The notes beneath the pieces are model-generated. The model made no database searches and was not told the origin of the DNA. It saw only the letters and a list, made by a program, of their open reading frames with translations. Positions 52,903 through 64,000 of a stretch of DNA of 64,000 nucleotides are shown here, piece by piece (the stretch's first letter is position 1; each line of letters starts with the position of its first letter). The DNA lies in the NCBI RefSeq assembly GCF_037042905.1, contig NC_087245.1, forward strand, positions 40,922,001 to 40,986,000. The letters run 5' to 3'. The translations under genes and the position numbers were made by a program. This DNA is from Lytechinus pictus. Its lineage: Eukaryota.

Positions 52903-55584
52903 CATAGGCGGATCCAGCTTTTGGCGAAAGGGGGGGGGGGCGCACTGCCGAGCGGCGCACATATTTTTGCACTTCACCGGCGCCAAAAGAAAATGTTGAA
53001 AAAGGGGTAAAATCTGACCCTATCAAATGCTCTTTTCAAAATGTAGGATTTCCAGTCATACCATTTTGCATGACCACACGCAGATAATATTTCCGGGGGG
53101 GCAAGACTCGAAAATTTGGTGCACATCTCACATTTGCACATTTTTTATAGTTTTCATGAAATGTTAAGGGAAAAAAAATTGTTTTTCACAACAGCAGATC
53201 GCGAATGTGCCCCCCTTCCCCCTTGCTGCGTACGACCATTCCCTGAAGTCCACTTAAACATATTTCATTATAACAGAAAATATACATCAATTTAAACATA
53301 TAATCTAAAACATATATAGAGAGAGATTGAAAAACTTATTGAAGAAAGAAACAAGCAAAAAGTAACACAAATTATGCATGTTATGTGCGATTTCAAAATC
53401 TCGTGTATTAACCCTTTTATTGCAATGAGGCCAATACTTTTGTATATTAATAGAGATACAAGTTTTTTTTAAATATATGTATATATATATATATACACAG
53501 GGGCGTCGATCCTTTTTTTAAGATTTGGGGGGCAAAATCATGAATCAACTTTCCAAAGGCGCTCGATATCACACAAAACAAACAAACTCACACACACACA
53601 CACACACACATAAATATATATATATATTTATATGACTCATGAGATAGAAACACATATCTCACCAACAAATTAATGCGAGCGCGAAGCGCGAGCTGAATTT
53701 TTTTTAATATACTGACCTGAAAACAGGAAAAAGGTGCCTGTTTAGGACTGTTTGTAGTAACCCATGAGGAGGATACATATCTCACTACACAGATAATGCG
53801 AGTGCCGAGGGCGAGCTGAAATTTCTTTATATTCTGACCAGAAAGCTTGATATTCTATGCATATTTGGTACCAATGATTAAGATGGGTATCTAAAAAAAA
53901 ACAATAGATGCGAGCGCGAAGCGCGAGCATAAAATTTTGATATTTCGATCTGAAAAAAATGACAGTTTAATGGACGTTTGTAATAAAGAACAAGATTATA
54001 TCCAGCAAAAGATTATTGCAAATCGAAGCGGGAGTTCTTTTGACGTTTAGAACTGAAAACGGGACATTCTATTCACCTATTTAATCATAAAAAGTATGGG
54101 GTTTTGCTACAGAAATGATGCGAGCGCGAAGCGCGAGCTGAAAATTTTTATATTCCAATCTGAGAAGCGGATAATTTAAGCACGATTTTAAATAAAGAAC
54201 CAGTTGTGTAGCTCAATCTCAATATACGACTGGTTGCGTAATTATACACTCCCGGTACTAGCAACGGGTTTTAGCAAAGTTTTGGGCTAAAATATCGAAT
54301 CATCTTCATAAAACACTTTAGTAGCTGTCTTAAACTAAAGGCCATAGAGGTGGCACAATGTGGAATGTGTAAAGAAGAAAAGTGACTGACCTTCTTTTTA
54401 TTAAAGCATTGGAAAATAAGATCAAAATTAAAGGATTTGCTCTACGCTTTTGTATGATTCTGGGATTTTTTAAAAATAAATTAAAGATTTCATGACATCT
54501 GTCATTCTGTGGGCAACTGCCCCGCCCCAGTCCACTCTGTAAGGGCATGTGATAAAATTTGTTATGACCATTCAACAATAAAATGTATAACCAGGTGCCG
54601 CTGATCATTCTTGACCGGCGCCGATCTAGATTTGGTTGGCAATAGGCCCTTCTTCATTATTTTACCGGCGCCTATTTATTGGAACCAGCTAGGGGACGCT
54701 GATTATTCTTGACCGGCGCCGATTTAGAACAAGTAGTGCTGATTATTTTACCGACGTCACGTAAGATTCAGGCAGCGGCAATTCATAATTGACTGTCACC
54801 GATTTAGAACCAGGAGGCGCCGATTATCTTGACTGGCGCCGATTTTTAACCAGGTGGTGCTGATTATTCTTGTCCGGCGCCGATTTAGATTTAGGTGGAA
54901 CTGATTATTCTTGATCGGCGCTGGTTAAGACTCAGGCAGCGCCGATTTATAACCAGATGGCGCTGATTATTCTTGACCAGCCCCGATTTAGATATAGGTG
55001 GCGCTGATTATCCTTGATCGGCGCCGGTTAAGAACTCAGGCAGCGTCGATTTTTCTTTACCGGCGCCGATTTATAACCAGATGGCGCCGATTATTTTTAT
55101 CTGGTGCCGATTTAGATTTAGGTGGCGCAGATTATCCTTGATCGGCGCCGGTTAAGACTCTGGCAGTGCCGATTTTTCTCGACTGGCGCCGATTTATAAC
55201 CAAATGGCGCTGATTATTCTTGTCTGGCGCCGATTTAGATTAAGGTGGCGCTGATTATTCTTGATTGGCGCCAGTTATATGCAGGCAGCGCACTGCTGAT
55301 TATTTTTAACAGGCGAAGTTGTTGGGAAAAGGGTAGTTAAAAAAAAGATAAGGAAGATGATATGATTGTGCTTCGCTGGGGGATAGTCTTTCCTTACTGT
55401 TGCTAATATTATATCAGTGTATAATTTTTTTAAGCGGCGCCTTTTCTTTTCTTTCCTTTATTTTTTATTTTTTCAAGCAGCGCCTTTTCTTTCTTTTACT
55501 TTTTTTTTGAGCGGCGCCTTCGGCGCCGCTCAAATATTAGGGGGGACGCGCGCCCCCTGCGCCACCCCCCTGGATCCGCCACTG
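52903..55584. mobile_element. Composite/nested non-autonomous DNA element(s) in (TA)n, containing tandem arrays
   Basis: Ends cataggcggatccag.. and ..ctggatccgccactg; (TA)n flanks; repeated gcgagcgcgaagcgcgag units at 53670-54140. Confidence 0.5.
54595..55310. repeat. Degenerate satellite of ~22-25-bp subunits (ggcgccgattta / ggcgctgattattcttg)
   Basis: Direct inspection. Confidence 0.9.
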
Positions 55585-57422
55585 ATATATATATATATAT
55601 CCCTCCAATCAGTAAAACGAACATGTTACAAAACACAAGTAATTGGATATGATTGAAAAGACCTAAGTCGATATAACTGACGATTATTATCTGTGAGCGC
55701 TTCCTGTTCCTGCAGTATACGCTGAAAATCTGGTAAGATATCCGTATATGATAATGATCATAAGGGTGATGACCATTTTATCAATCAATTTCGGGGGCAG
55801 GCAGCAGGCAGAACCAGAATGGCACACACTAAAAAGTGTAAACGAATTGTTTAAAATTCAAACAGCAAGTAAAATTCATCTGAACATTGTTAAAATTTCC
55901 AAATAACAACTCTAGTTAAGAAAACCAGGAGGCATGAGATGTACACCTGCATTTCTTGGGATGAAAAGGTCATCATGAATAGTAATAATAATATGCGTTT
56001 ATAGCGCCATCTACTCTTCAGAGGCGCACAGGAAAAAACAAAATCCCACAAGGACCTTTTTACATTGATGTTAAACGACTTAAAGATTTTTTTAAAAATA
56101 GAGCCGAATTATCAGTGATGTTACGCCGATGATATCGCAATTCGATTTACTAGCTCCAACTTAGAACTGTTTTATTATAAATGAATTAAATTCATTGATT
56201 TATTTCAATACAAATGAGAATAACATAAATACAAAATCAATACAAATAAAAACGCGCTTACATGCACTGGCCTGCAACTGGTTCGCCAATTTAAGCTGCA
56301 AGAAGCCCTCCATGAAATTGAGATTTGTTGGTGGAGATGGAAATTAAATATTTCCCATGCACACCAAGCCTGTAGTTTCAGTTATTACTAATAAACAAAA
56401 GATAAAATAAACGGAGATATTTTGCCTCATGATTGCGAGCAGTTTACGTATCTTGTAATCCCAATCTGGGTCCCGTAAAACAAAGGTTAGCGATAACTCG
56501 TACTCCGGATTTTTACGATTGATTGTACATTGAAGTCAAAGGAATCAATCGTAGAAAGATGTTCTACGATCATTGCTAAGCTCTGTGTTACGGGCCCCAT
56601 GCAGGTCTGTCCATATAGTGCGAATGATGAATGTAAGAAAATGATGAATTTATTACGTTGCGTTTTGGGCACTTCATTGGGGAATAAGTAATGTAATTTT
56701 GATATAAAAGACTTATTTTTTCTATGTTAGACTATGGAAGTGCAAATGTATGATTTTGCCCGTAGGCCTATCTCTTAAGAAAAAAACTTGGAAAATCATT
56801 ATACAGGCACAATATACAATAAGTCATTATAGAGTCTCTACAAGTTAATTACCGCTGTATCTTCGGAAAAAACTGTTTTTACATGTACTGATAAATTGAG
56901 ATATCATTTGCTGTTCAGCACTTTATGCCATCCATGTAGAGACATTTTTACTGATCGTACGAACAGACACGTCGAATGGAAGGAATGACTTCGCCTGCCT
57001 GTACAGACATGACAGAGATGAGGTACATCCGTACATGATATAAATCAAATCAAAATAATTTATTACCTACCTGCCTCCCTGGAATCCCAGAATGGCGTTT
57101 GTCTCGTCATTCAGTATTACGTTCAACGTAAAATTTAAAGGGGGAGGGGGGATATCCGAACGGCTGAGATGAAATCTATCGTTTTAGAAAGAATTGGAAT
57201 TGTGTGGACATGGTGGAGCGGTAGGGAGAGAGGGTCGAATTTCAACAACGCTCGTCACCGCTCACAAAATTTTGGGGAAAAAATCGAAAACATGGGCGTT
57301 GCCTTAGCGGTGCACCGCTGAAGCCAGCGTAGCTTTAAATAGCGTTGGTTTAACGGTGGCGAGCGTTGGTTTAGCGGTGACTCGAGCGTTGATAGAGCTG
57401 AGTTCTGCGCATGCGGGCGTCG

Positions 57423-58300
57423 CACAGTGGGCCAAAATGAGTTGAAAGTGCGCCAAAATTATTTTCCGTGTTATATTTTTACTTTAACATGTAGATTAAG
57501 GGTAATTTTGGGCGTAGAATCGACTGAACATAATTTAAAGCCCATATGACGTCACTTTGATACCAAATTTTGATTGGCTGCATGCTTAAAACCTATCTGT
57601 GAAAAGAAAAATTACGCTAAACAATAGTGAAGTATATAAACTTTGTGTTATGTGTTACTTTAAGATTGATCAGAGTGAATGTTGGTTTATGCTTCTAACA
57701 TGCCTAAAAAATGTGTATGAGATCCTGAAAATAGTTTTATGGTATCAAAATGATCATTAGATTAAAAAATACTTTAAAATCTGAAAAATATTAACCGTGC
57801 TTTATCAAGCTGTGTAGACATGGTTAAAACGCAGAGTATATAACACAACGAATGTTTTTACTATGATGAGGGTTTTTGGCTGAAATTATTCTACAAGTAA
57901 CTTTTATCTCTGGAAGAGGGCTGGGTAGCCCTTATATGCATTATCAACCTTCATTTTGTTTATATTATGCCCGGAATTTCATGGAATGGAAGGGGAATCG
58001 TCCCCGCCGTGCAAAATTGCAAAAATGAACGGCAATGTACACCCCATACGGTGCGCTGCGATGACTGCACGGTATAAAAATGACCGTTTTTGAACAGGTT
58101 TTTGGGGTGATGTCTCAAGTAAAATCGGCTCTAACATAAAAACGGGCAAAAACGGGCAGCTAAATTTGGTATCGACTTAAAGCTTAGACATCGGGCGAAA
58201 TGATGATGATAAAATTTAAACGGAAATCAACGGAAATCAAAACGTTTCTCATGTAAATGCAAAAAACATGGATTATCAAGCCCATTTCGATTCCAAATGA
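57423..58300. mobile_element. Possible Transib-like non-autonomous element nested in an AGCGTT/AACGCT-rich repeat (~57200-59070)
   Basis: Begins CACAGTG after CGTCG; interrupts a motif-rich repeat that resumes near 58340; right end not defined. Confidence 0.35.
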
Positions 58301-60268
58301 GCTCCTTATTCATTTCTCCCCGTATTTATAGCCAAATTCTGGTACCGCTCCGACACCTCCATACCAACGCTAAACCAAGGTTCATCACCGCAATGGATCG
58401 CTACTTTAACGCCCAGCACCGGTCAGCAATCCCGTGTCCGCTCGGAAAACGCTTACAACCGCTCCACCAAAGTTTGTGAACCGTTTAATCACCATTTCAT
58501 TTTTTCATTTAGGTTTTATTTCCACAAATCCGTTATGTTACAAAACTTAACTGACATAACTAAGCTGAGCAACCATTACACACGTAGACTATATAAGTAT
58601 AGATAGCAAGCATTCTTAATCACTACATATTAATACATGTTTAAGTACATAAAAACGGAAAAGTGGAGGAAACCTTAGAAGCAGAATGCTTGTAGATAAG
58701 GTTCCCAGCCGGGCAACGCTGGCGAAGCAGCGGTTGTCCAGCGTTCAAGATTTCTGCGTTGGCCTAGCGGACCCAAGCGTTCACGAACTTTCGTCTAGCG
58801 GTGCCAAACTTTGACTGGGCGTTGTTAGAGCGGTAGTCAACTTTGCTGGAGCGGAAAATTGCCCGCTCCTCACCGCTCGCAATATTTTGAGCAGCTCAAA
58901 ACTTTCGGAGTGGTAGGAGGGACCATCAGCGTTGGCCGAGCGTATTCGGCGTTGCCTTAACGGAGGCCAACTTTGGTTAAACGGTGGTGAACGGTAGCGA
59001 GCGGTGATGATTTTTTCTCTCCGCTCCACGACCGCTCCAACAACGCTCGGGCGGTGTGACCAGGCCTTAAACGTCGTGCTTTTTTTTTTACTGTGTACGG
59101 ATGGATCACTCTATTCAGAGCCATTGATAATATTCTCCCCCGGAGGTCCAAATTAGCATATGATCCTTTAATGGTTGGCTAATTAATTGTGTATTTTCAA
59201 AATCTTAAGTCAATTTAAATGATATAGATTTGATATCGTTGATATAGCATTCAAATTTCAAATTTAACTTTGCTTTATTTCTTTCTAACAGAACAAAGTA
59301 AAAATGGTCGTAAATAATAACAATGACATTTGAAAATGAAGTTACAAACAATGTAAATTGAGGTAGGTACAATATGATATGTTTCCATAAGTAAAACAAA
59401 TTATGATATAAAAGCAAATTATCATTCACATTATAAATATCTGAGAAAATGGAGGAATCCACCTAGTGCCCAGGGAACGATTTTTTTTACTTGGGGTGCT
59501 AATGTAAATTACTTTTGGAAAGGAATAAAAAATTGTTTTCACTACACAAAATGTAGCCCAAATTGGTACAGAGAAATTTGAAAAGCAGATAAAAAAGGCT
59601 TTCACTACACAAAATGGAGGTCAAATTGGTTAAGAGAAAGTTGAAAAGCAAAGAAAAAAAAGGAAAAGGGGTTTTACTACAAAATGAATGTAATTTTGTT
59701 ACCTTTTTCAAATTTTAGTGGTGCTGCCTAATAGATGGAAAATAATACACGCAGCACCCCCAGCACCCCCGTTTCCCAGGGCCATTATGGATCCACTAAA
59801 AAGCAAATGCTTGTAGTGTGGGAACCCCTCTAAAAAAGTATTGTAGTATTGCCTGCGAAGACGGCATTTACAATACATAGCCAATGTTTCAAGTTACCAA
59901 TAAGTTACCAAAACGAACATGCAATGGAATGTCAGAAGGATAATATCGAAGGTTCCATCAAAGCAACACGTCCGGCCTTCTGTGAGAAACATTGATAACC
60001 AAATGACATTACCAATTTCACTGATTTATTATCATAACTATGTCGTCACCATGACAAAGCAGTACCCCACATACTCGAAATTATCGTTTGTCTTTAACAT
60101 TTAAGCAAAGACCACATCACCTTTATATACTCCATTGCTGGAAACTGGAAAGCAATTGCTTCAAGCACAAGCAATTATTGATAGCCAAGCCAAAGATCAT
60201 GCTTTGAAATAGCAATTAGCTTTATTTTCATTTCATTTATTGGTTTTTGCAACATTTTTCATAATATA

Positions 60269-60590
60269 GCGAAGTTGGCTCAGTCGGTAAAGCGTCCGCC
60301 TGTCGAACCAAAGATCGTGGGTTCGAGTCCTCCCCGGGCGGATGACTGAAGCCAGTGCGTTGTCTGTAAACGTCTCTCCCATGTTTCATAATAGATGCAG
60401 GCTATGTTACAGTGGAAAAAACTCCGTTCCTCGGATAGGACGTCAAATGGAGGCCGTGTGCAGAGGAGAGTCACGACCTTTGCACTTTAAGAACCCACTG
60501 TACTATTCGTATAAGAGTAGGGGGAAACCCGATGTAGTGGTCCACCTGCACTCCCCCAATCAGTTATACAGTGCGCGCCAATATGTTTGT
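60269..60590 (+). mobile_element. tRNA-derived SINE (second family; possibly Nin-domain-like)
   Basis: A box tggctcagtcgg, B box ggttcgagtcc, no closed acceptor stem; body has gataggacgtcaaatggagg..gcactttaagaaccc. Confidence 0.65.
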
Positions 60591-60899
60591 TTGTGTAATG
60601 TCGCCCTCTGTGACGGTTTGTTGTTAAGTCGTCCCTTGTTCGGCCGGCGCTGTTCTGTGAGGTAAAGCCCGATGATGTTGGCTTAATAAACTGTATTATT
60701 ACTGTAACTGGCTACTCATTTTTTGTTTAATTATTGTCGTGGTGACAGCTGGGATTTGGACCTTTGCCTACCCCACACAACGATGAGTTTCATGCAATCC
60801 TTGCAGCCAGTTGGTCGGCAAATCCTTTGCCGTGATAGGTATAATAAGTTTGCCCACAGCAAGTCACAGTGTCGTAACTAGTCCCACATATAGCCGTTC

Positions 60900-63392
60900 A
60901 TGGCTGCTTCCCCATTGTTTAGGATCAATTCCCATCCTCGCCCCCAGGCCCGAGAGAGAGGCCACCTTAGACTAAGTACAGAAAAGACATGTTTGTCGTT
61001 TTCAGAATCACATGCTACTTGTTTAAATCAAATATTTAATTCACATAATAATTTGACATTGAATCACAGTGTGACCGGAATTTATAAGATAGATAAATCA
61101 ACCAGTGCCAGTTTTGATTTTAACTGTGAGGATGAGAATTTTGATGAATATAATTGTGATAATGATGACTGTGAGCTCTTAGATATTGATTGTAATTATA
61201 ATGAAGATGCTTATCGATGTTATGTTCTTGGAAGGAATGAAAATGATGAATCAATCAGTGCCGGTGTTGATTGGAATTATGAAGATGGTTTTGATTTTGA
61301 CCAGTGTGAACATGTGGGAAAGGATATGCCTCACAAAATACATGTATGTCCCCAGAGTCAGATCCCAAGTAGAATCTTGCATAGATATAGTAGGCCCATC
61401 TTACATGTAGGTGTAGAACATATGCAACATGACAATACAAGTCTTAGACATGATAAATGTGAGGGTTATGTTTCAGAAGACGAGTATGAGTGTTGTAATG
61501 ATGCATCAAAAGTTCATCCAAAGAAAGATGCAGAGCTAGATTCATTTGATCAGTCTCACGACAGGCCTATTCAGGCATTACACGCTACCATATTATCACC
61601 TGACTATAAGTATAGGTCTATTGATAGTCCCACTATTTATAGTAGACAGCATGAACCCCCTTTATTCCAACATAAGAGTTTAGATTGTGAGTGCCCTCTA
61701 TGTCTTGAGGCTTGTCGCAGTAGTTATCACCATATAGGCGATTGCCCCTTCCTTCCCATACATGAGAAACGCATTATATCCCAAGCTCGAAATGCCGCTG
61801 ACATTCTTGGCTATGCTAATGTTTTCCAGAGTTGCAGTGATTCTTGTGATGATTTTGTCTATCATGACCTTGATCATGATATGGTTCCCGGCCGTATTCC
61901 TGCGGAGTGTGTTGACCATGAGTCAAGTGCTGTGGATCGCTCCTCTGAAGATCCTAGTGTGAGTTTTGGTTGTTTTGATGACTCGGAGTCAGAGTCAGTT
62001 ATTCATGAAGATACTCTCTGTTATGAAAGCTCATCAGAGTCAGATGAGACCCAAGATAATACGCCACATTGTGCTGTGGCTAGTAAATCTGTTATGCCTA
62101 ATCAGGCCCTAACTCCTTATGTAGACCTTTTCCATGGTGACCACTGTGTCCATGTTGATCTCGACAGTGGGTCTGCAGAGAATTTGATCAGTCATTCATT
62201 AGTTAAGTGTCTTGGAGGTGACATTATTGCCACTTCCCACTCTGCTTACCCAACCGGCCATTCAACGTCACCTTTTGTCATTGTAGGCGAGACTTGTCTC
62301 ACATTTTCTCGAGATGGCAGGGACTTCCTTTTTAAAGGATTTGTTGTTGAGTCGCCGAGCCTCATTGTGCGAGCTGGTATTCCATTCATGGAAATGTACG
62401 ATGTGTTCGTTCGTCCCGCTAGGCGCGTCGTTACGTTTAGTGATGGACCATCGTACGTATACGGTCCTTCGCTTCAGATTAGTCCTCCCATTGCCAACGC
62501 GCCTGCTGCACGTTCGCCTGCCTCGTTTTCCGATATCGTTGAACAGCAGCCTCGCCCTGCTACGTCTCCAGAACACGCCACGTTCAGTGATGGACCATCG
62601 TCCGCACTTGGTCCTTCGGTTCGCTCTAACCCTACGACCGTTAACACGCCTGCTGCGTGCTCGCCTGATTCGTCTAACTGTGTCTCCAAACAGGAACCTT
62701 ACTCCCCGGCATCCCCGGACTTAGGTACATCGGGCCATCGTTCGACAGTCTCGAGCCCACGATCATCTGCGGTCGAATGCCCTGGCGACAACACCACACT
62801 TGCTACATGCTCAGAGCTGTATCCCTTGGACAATGAGGATGTGCTTGAGTCTCAACAAACCCAGTTTCTCAGTCTAGAGAGAGATCCTGTCAGCCACGTT
62901 GAGGACAGCAATCCCTCGCTTCATCTTCAGTCTCAGTCACATCAGTCTTTGCATAGGCCACCCATCTCTTCTGTGTTTGAGAACACCAAGTGCTCTCGTG
63001 ATGCTCTCCCAGTTGCACCTCCCATGACTGTTGCTGACTGTACCAGTCCCAACAGCTCCACTGAGGATATCCTGTTTTATGATGTGGCTCACCACCCTTA
63101 CACCCTGAAGATTGAAGACCCCCCTGGTCGACCCCCGGAATCATCTCTCGGGACTCCTACCAGTCATCAGAGCGTGTCACATGATTCCCCTTCGAGGTTG
63201 ACTGTCTCTCTGCATTTGCAGAGTCGCCCCTTACATCCTAGTGGTGATCGCACTGGACTGCCTCCAGGTCGTCCCCCAGACCAAACTGACTATTACATCT
63301 CTCTTAACAGGATGAAATGCTCACTTGATGACGTCACTTCACTAGCAGATAAAGACTGTGTGACTAAACTGAGAAAAAGGACTCATTTCTAG
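60900..63392 (+). CDS. 830-aa intronless ORF derived from LTR-retrotransposon gag/protease
   Basis: CPLC..H..C knuckle; retropepsin motif DLDSGSAENLIS..IVGE..RAGIPFME; PBS-like TGGTGACAGCTGGGATTTG at 60740-60758; no intact RT or integrase in the window. Confidence 0.65.
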   Translation: MAASPLFRINSHPRPQARERGHLRLSTEKTCLSFSESHATCLNQIFNSHNNLTLNHSVTGIYKIDKSTSASFDFNCEDENFDEYNCDNDDCELLDIDCNYNEDAYRCYVLGRNENDESISAGVDWNYEDGFDFDQCEHVGKDMPHKIHVCPQSQIPSRILHRYSRPILHVGVEHMQHDNTSLRHDKCEGYVSEDEYECCNDASKVHPKKDAELDSFDQSHDRPIQALHATILSPDYKYRSIDSPTIYSRQHEPPLFQHKSLDCECPLCLEACRSSYHHIGDCPFLPIHEKRIISQARNAADILGYANVFQSCSDSCDDFVYHDLDHDMVPGRIPAECVDHESSAVDRSSEDPSVSFGCFDDSESESVIHEDTLCYESSSESDETQDNTPHCAVASKSVMPNQALTPYVDLFHGDHCVHVDLDSGSAENLISHSLVKCLGGDIIATSHSAYPTGHSTSPFVIVGETCLTFSRDGRDFLFKGFVVESPSLIVRAGIPFMEMYDVFVRPARRVVTFSDGPSYVYGPSLQISPPIANAPAARSPASFSDIVEQQPRPATSPEHATFSDGPSSALGPSVRSNPTTVNTPAACSPDSSNCVSKQEPYSPASPDLGTSGHRSTVSSPRSSAVECPGDNTTLATCSELYPLDNEDVLESQQTQFLSLERDPVSHVEDSNPSLHLQSQSHQSLHRPPISSVFENTKCSRDALPVAPPMTVADCTSPNSSTEDILFYDVAHHPYTLKIEDPPGRPPESSLGTPTSHQSVSHDSPSRLTVSLHLQSRPLHPSGDRTGLPPGRPPDQTDYYISLNRMKCSLDDVTSLADKDCVTKLRKRTHF

Positions 63393-64000
63393 TATTTCAT
63401 CGTTCACTTGTACTATTGAACTTCCCTATAGCAGATACAGCCTGTTTTATTAAGCTGAGAACAAAGGACCATCATTCATGTGCACTTTTGTGAGTGATCT
63501 GCCTAGTGTGGAATGCACGCACCTTCATGTACAGCTTGTGTGCCCATGGTGACTAAATTGGACTTTTTCACTAATTTTCCAAATACAGGCTTTTCGAAAT
63601 ATATCATGCTGTATTTTGCGATGTCTTTTCAACTTTTCCCTTCACTTGCTCTTTACTTTACCCTCGTTTTTCCTTTCCTTTCTATGTTTTATACATGGTC
63701 TTTATGCTGATACATGACTTATTGCTTTATATGTCAGATATTTTGTAATGATGTACCGGTATTCACCTTTCTACAGCTATTTAAAGTAGTTGATATTATG
63801 CATTTGACAGTATTTTGTGTATATATGACTTTTATTGCTTAATTGTTGTATTTTTACTTGACTTCATTATTGGGTATTTTTAAATCTACTTGCTTTTGGT
63901 GATTGATTTTCACTGGTATCCACTGCAGGTTGTCAAAGTTTGTACACTCCTTTATCAGTCTACGTTTTATACATGGATTTTCTTAGTAGCCTTTTTACTA

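Noticed and set aside
60269..60342. Possible tRNA gene (GTC in the loop region)
   Set aside because: A and B boxes are present, but the acceptor and anticodon stems do not pair and the sequence continues into a SINE body. The same applies to 2712 and 24766.

Overview
AT-rich, repeat-dense eukaryotic genomic DNA. The gene structure and repeat families point to an invertebrate deuterostome, most likely a sea urchin (inference). Two complete multi-exon genes lie in tandem on the minus strand. Smoothened (smo) has 11 coding exons, 48217->26009, ~774 aa. DTWD1 (tRNA-uridine aminocarboxypropyltransferase 1) has 5 coding exons, 18867->3660, ~264 aa. Both were assembled by eye from GT-AG junctions with consistent phases. 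Introns and flanks hold many mobile elements: TTAA-flanked Kolobok-like MITEs, Harbinger/hAT/Tc1-type MITEs, tRNA-derived SINEs, Helentron-like (HINE) elements, a LINE RT fragment, two R4/Dong-like fragments in a (TAA)n tract, and decayed Harbinger and Penelope ORFs. An 830-aa gag/protease-like ORF lies at the right end. Notable signals: a large excess of TACATGTA, shown at three sites to be an insertion at a TA (likely Tc1/mariner excision scars); a PKA-inhibitor-like motif in the Smo tail; an 8x POU-octamer minisatellite at a smo splice donor; a near-perfect 49-bp hairpin; and an RSS-like (CACAGTG+23) element end. There are no CRISPR arrays or bona fide RNA genes.
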